NCBI GenBank assembly: GCA_023515725.1
Contig: JALDTO010000164.1
Coordinates: forward strand, 1 to 64,000
Length of the DNA stretch: 64,000 nucleotides
Direction of reading: 5' to 3'
Origin: Amoeboaphelidium protococcarum X5
Taxonomy: Eukaryota > Fungi > Aphelidiomycota
The notes beneath the pieces are model-generated. The model was not told the DNA's origin and searched no databases. It saw nothing but the letters and a program-made list of their open reading frames with translations. The stretch's first letter is position 1. Every line of letters starts with the position of its first letter. This document shows positions 58,975-64,000 of this stretch, in pieces. Both the position numbers and the translations under genes were made by a program.

Positions 58975-61211
58975 ATGACAGAAGTTTATCCTGGAACTCG
59001 TGGTTTGAATAAGGCTGATGGCGGTGCTGCAAAGCGTCGAGACAAACTCACAAAAAATGACGCTGACCTCCCACCGGTACCCAAGTATAATCAGAAATAG
59101 AGCTGTCCTTCACCTCCATCTGTTCTGAAAGACAAAAAGTCTACAGTGTAGTTTACAAAGGGGAAGCTGCTTGGAGAGGTATGATGTTTCTGATTATGAC
59201 GGTTTAATTTGAGTCATTTAAAACTGTGTAAGAGCGAGTGTAGGGTGGATTTGCCAAGTGTTATGAAGTATGGGATTAGAATGGCACAAGATTCGCAGCT
59301 AAAGTAGTTCCCAAAGTGTCGCTTAAGTCTGAAAAGTCCAAGCAGAAGTTGTTTACAGAGATCAAGATCCACTAGAACTTGAAACATCCTAATATTGTCA
59401 GGTTTAAGCAAGTTTTTGAGGACTCTAGTAATGTGTACATGATTCTGGAGCTGTGTGAGAATAAGACTTTTGTTGAGATGATAAAGAAGCGCAGAAAGTT
59501 GTTAGAAGCTGAAGCTCGGTATTATATGAAGCAGTTGTTGGATGCTTTGACGTATTTACATTAGAAGCGGGTTATTCATCGTGATCTAAAGCTTGGCAAT
59601 CTATTCTTGTCTGGTTCCATGGATATTAAAGTGGGCGATTTTGGTCTGGCTACTATTGTAAAGTATGATGGTGAGCGAAAGAAGACGATATGTGGTACTC
59701 CAAATTATATTGCACCCGAGATATTGTTTGACAGGGAGCATGGACATAGTTTTGAAGTAGATCTATGGTCTATCGGTGTAATTCTGTATACTTTTCTAGT
59801 GGGAAAGCCGCCATTTTAGACTAAAGACGTCAAGGAGATTTACCGAAATATTCGCGAAAATAATTACGTCTATCCAGAAGGCTGTGGAATATCTGCAATG
59901 TCTAAAGATTTGATATCGTCCCTACTCAGCTCTAAGCCTTCTGACAGGCCAACTATACAGGAGATTTTTGACCATCCATGGTTTTAGCTGAATATTCCTA
60001 AACATATTCCAGCGTCTGCTCTTTTGACAGTTCCTGAGCTGTTTGCGACGAATTAAATGGCAATGTTTAACAAGTTGCAAATCTAGAATATGGAGACTCC
60101 TTCCGCTGCCGTAAGTAAGAGGATGCAAGTCATGTCGATACAGAGAGAAGCTGCTGTTCGCCGTACGCCTTTGTCTGATTTGAAGAATAAGTAAAGTCCT
60201 TTAGTTGTGGCTGTGCGTGATGTTTAAGTGACGGCGACTAAACCAGTAACATCACAATCTCCGCTCTGGAATGTGTAAAAGATGTAGAAGGAGAATGTTG
60301 TCGTTGCACCAAAGGAAAGTGTCACTCCAGTGCACAACATTACCGGGACTCCTGCTTCTTCGCTTGCAAGAATGAGTATAAAGAGCGGTACTCCTTCTAC
60401 ACCAGTTACTTACGCGAATAATTCTGACAAAGCTGTGTCGAAGTTGCATATAAGTCCTCAACAGGCTCCTGCTGGTGGTAGAAAGTCTATGCTTGAGTCT
60501 ATGCTGTATCACATTAGTGAAGCTTTGGCGTGCTCAAAATCTGGTAAGCCATTCAAGTTTGGTGTCCCATCATCATCCTCCATCACGGCTCCTAAAGTAT
60601 TTATCAGTAAGTGGATTGATTACTCGAACAAGTACGGACTTGGATACTAGTTAACTAACGGATCTATTGGTGTCCATTTTAATGACTCTTCCAGTATAAT
60701 ATTGGCGGCTAATGAATAGAATTTTGAGTATCTGGAATATGCAAAAGGAACCGAGAGATCTGTGATGAACAGACATGCTTACATTCTTGGTGATTATCCT
60801 CAGTCGTTGAACAAGAAAGTGACACTGCTGAAGCACTTTACCGGTTATATGAACGAGAACTTGTACAAGGCTGAATACGCTTTTCAAGATGTGGACAAGA
60901 CGCAGAATCTGGATTTCCTTGTAAAGTATATGAGAACAAAGCACGCTGTGATGTTTCGTCTCACTAACAGAATAGTGCAAATCAACTTTTTTGATCACAG
61001 CAAGTTGATTCTATCACAAGATGGACTTGTCGTCACATTTATTAATCGCGATAGACAGCTCAAGACGTATTCCCTGGCATAGATTGTATCTACTGAGAAG
61101 GGCGACATTCTGAGTAGACTCAAGTATGCATGTGACATTCTTGATAATCTGACAAAGCCCAAGAGTTCCCAGAAAGAGGCTGGCTCTGCTGAAAAATAAA
61201 ACAAATTTTGA
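58975..61211 (+). CDS. Polo-like kinase (Cdc5/Plo1); intron 59179-59243
   Basis: LGE|[39 protein letters not shown]-box-like RTPLSDLKN, polo boxes [15 protein letters not shown] and [10 protein letters not shown]. Confidence 0.96.
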
Positions 61212-61831
61212 AAAAATTAAAATGACTAACTATTGATGAATGTTGATGATGTAATGGTTGATGAAAGTATAAAAATGATGATGATAATGATGATGAAGAT
61301 GAAAATAAACTGGATTATTGTTAGTTGATCTACCTTAAACTATACGAGCTTTTCAATTCAAAAACAACTGCTAGCAGCAACTTGACATCCTGCACAATCA
61401 TCTCCGTGATGAACAATGATCAAAGCATCATCATAACAATTCAAAAAATGCGTGAGATAAAAGTCTTAACTTCTTACTGCATCAAAGCTAATCTGAACTT
61501 TACACTAAATCTAACACAACAGGCCAATAGATGGATCATTTCAAGCCACACATTCTGTTTCAAGATTGGAAGATGGCGTTTTTCCTTGCCTTGACATCGC
61601 CGCTAGGAGTCGTTGTCGTCAATGTTGGTTGTTTGAACGACAAAAGCGCTCGAAACGCTTTCCTCTGTCGCTCGCTCGCTTATTGTTGAATTTGTTTAGG
61701 TGAACGACGCTCAACTCACACGCACTCACTCACTCACCGTTTCTCCCTCCCTCTTTATTCTTTGGTGTTGTTTAGTATAAGTGTTGTCGTAGTAATCGTC
61801 TCAATAACTTACGTTTAAATCTATCGAAAAT

Positions 61832-63384
61832 AGTAAGTTGTTCATATACAATATCTTTTATTAGATTATTTATGTACTTCATACATTTATAAGTGTAGTG
61901 TCCAAGTTTGTTCGTGCATCCAAGTACCGTAAGTTTATTCATTCCTTATGAAGACAACAGCTAAAACATCCAATAAGTACTATGGTGATTGTGTAGGTCA
62001 CGTTTTTGGTACCGCTAATAAGAGAGAGTAGTGTTATGAGAATCTGAGAGTGTCCCGTAATGCTTGGGACACTAACTTGTGTAAAGCCAATGCTCGTTTC
62101 ATCTCTGTGAACTTGGAAGCTGGCGGTGGTGGTCAGTTTGCTGTGATTCCACTGGATCAAGTGGGCAAGTTGGCTAACGACCTTCCAGTGTTCAGTGGCC
62201 ATACCGGTGCTGTTCTGGATACTGACTTCAACCCGTTCAATGATTACGTGGTTGCCAGTGGATCTGAGGATTGCAAAGTTTGCGTCTGGTCCATTCCAGA
62301 GGGTGGTTTGAAGGAGAACTGCAATGCTCCTGCTTTGTCTTTTGATAAGCACACTCGTAAAGTTGGACATGTCCTCTTCCACCCGACTGCTGAGAATGTG
62401 TTGTTGAGTTCCGGTGCTGACTTGTTGATCAAGTTGTACGACATCAAGAAGGGAGCGGAGAAGCAGGATGTCACTGGCCACCCAGATATTGTTAACTCTA
62501 TCGTTTACAACTATGACGGATCCATGCTGGCAACCACCTGTAAGGACAAGAAGATCCGTTTGGTTGATCCACGTGGCAACAAGATTGTGGCCGAGACTAA
62601 TGGTCATCAAGGTGTGAAGGGAACTCGTGTCTGCTGGTTGGGCGACTCTCAGTACATCATCTCTACCGGTTTCTCCAAGACCAGTGATCGTCAGTATGGT
62701 CTATGGGACTCTAGAAACATGAACGAGGCAATCAAGATTGAGAACTTGGACACCATGTCTGGTGGTCTGATGCCGTTCTATGACCAGGACACTCGCATGA
62801 TTTACCTTGCTGGTAAGGGTGATGGTAACATCCGTTACTTTGAGTTCGAGGTGGCTGAAGATGGACCTCACATGTACTACTTGACTGAGTACAAGTCTGC
62901 CGACCCTCAACGTGGTATTGCCTTCTTGCCAAAGCGTGCTCTGAACATCAACGAGTGTGAGATCTCTCGTGTGTACAAGGTGCATCCTGACCGTGTTGAG
63001 CCAATCTCTTTCAAGGTGCCTCGTAAGTCTGATCAATTCCAGGCTGACATCTTCCCTCCAACTGCTAGCGACAAGCCAACTCTATCTGCCGATGAGTGGT
63101 TCAGTGGTAAGAACGGTAAGCCTACTCTGGTCAGCCTGGAGAAGGGTTTCGTGCCTAGTGCAAAGAAGGAGTTTGTCACTGAAGGTGTCTCCCCAGCTCA
63201 GGCTGTTAATGATCCTCTGAAGAATCCTCAGAGTGAGAAGGAGTACCAGGATGGTTTCCACGTTCTGCGCAAGGAAAATGATGCTCTGAAGAATGAAGTT
63301 GCCCAAAAGGATGTCAGAATTCGTCAGCTGGAGTTGCAGTTGGAGAACCTGATGGCCAACGGTGGTGGCAACAAGGGAAAGTGA
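61832..63384 (+). CDS. CRN1: Coronin; introns 61833-61898 (splits the ATG) and 61929-61996
   Basis: MSKFVRASKYR|HVFG, GHTGAVLDTDFNPFND, YLAGKGDGNIRYFE, VPRKSDQFQADIFP, C-terminal coiled coil. Confidence 0.97.
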
Positions 63385-63577
63385 TTGAAATAGTCTGATG
63401 ACTAGGAGGAGGATTCAGCTGACTGAATACTTTAAAATAGTTTTGTGCGTAAAAGGTGAAGAAAATATGGATGAAAATGGAAATTTTGAGTTGAATTTCA
63501 TCTTTATAATCTTGCTCGGTTTCCTTAAAATTAGCAAATATTAAATCTAATTACAATAGTATAAATCTATTATTAAA

Positions 63578-64000
63578 TCAGTTCAAAATACTCTTCAGTG
63601 CGGACATTGTGATAATAATCGCTTCTTCGGATCTAATCGTTCTACTGCCTTGATCTGGACAGGTGTTGAGCCAGAAATCAAACAAGTCTCGACTATCCTC
63701 CGGGTTGATAGACGTGGACTCCATCAGATCCTGATCGCCTTCTACGCATACTTCAATACCTAGAAGTCCTCCAAATACAATCAGTACGTGTTTAGCATCT
63801 GCATACTTTGATTAAAGAGCATCACGCACAGTCTAATTGGATAGCATATCATCACCTCGCTCTGACGTTCCAATAGTCATATCGTAGCCTCCAACATAAG
63901 GACACGATTTAAAAACATCCGAGAAACTACCAGCCTACCTCACCTCATATCCCCAATAACTACCCGCTTAAGTGGGTGTGCGAGGAGACACTATGGATAC
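63578..64000 (-). CDS. SPOUT1: SPOUT1/C9orf114-family RNA methyltransferase, 3' part
   Basis: YWGYEVR, GGYDMTIGTSERG, LIVFGG, FDFWLNTCPDQGSRTIRSEEA. Confidence 0.92.

Noticed and set aside
61939-63306. Long antisense ORFs (61939-62610 and similar ones opposite PFS2, SERCA and ALA1)
   Set aside because: They are shadows of codon-biased genes on the other strand, with no recognisable motifs

Overview
Gene-dense eukaryotic nuclear DNA with about 41 protein-coding genes, only about 15 short introns (roughly 50-75 nt) and intergenic gaps mostly of 50-450 bp. I saw no rRNA, tRNA, CRISPR array or transposon. The supplied ORF track is fragmented because the genome uses a variant code: TAA and TAG encode Gln (translation-table-6 type) and TGA is the only stop. 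Re-translated this way, the genes read through cleanly: SERCA, RFWD3, TTD14-like NTPase, GLY1, CLIP-170, CorA/ALR, PFS2, RPC40, UPF3, RELCH, RPL30, PIS1, CAP-D3, SIP5, CIA30, LTP1, NOC3, ALA1, BRX1, TOP1, Polo kinase, coronin, SPOUT1 and others. Fungal-type genes (SIP5, PRM10-like, CBM18) occur together with genes absent from yeasts (condensin II, RELCH). With TAR=Gln, this points to an aphelid such as Amoeboaphelidium protococcarum; that identification is an inference. Most notable features: (1) a Crinkler-type ubiquitin-like header fused to a catalytically intact rhomboid protease; (2) a trunk-less stand-alone beta-adaptin appendage protein; (3) a hevein/CBM18 gene with an in-frame TGA at the conserved Trp position; (4) a near-invariant TGTAG 3' splice site; (5) a coronin start codon split by an intron; (6) many TAR codons just before terminal TGAs. 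All coordinates and family assignments come from manual translation and recalled motifs, with no database search.
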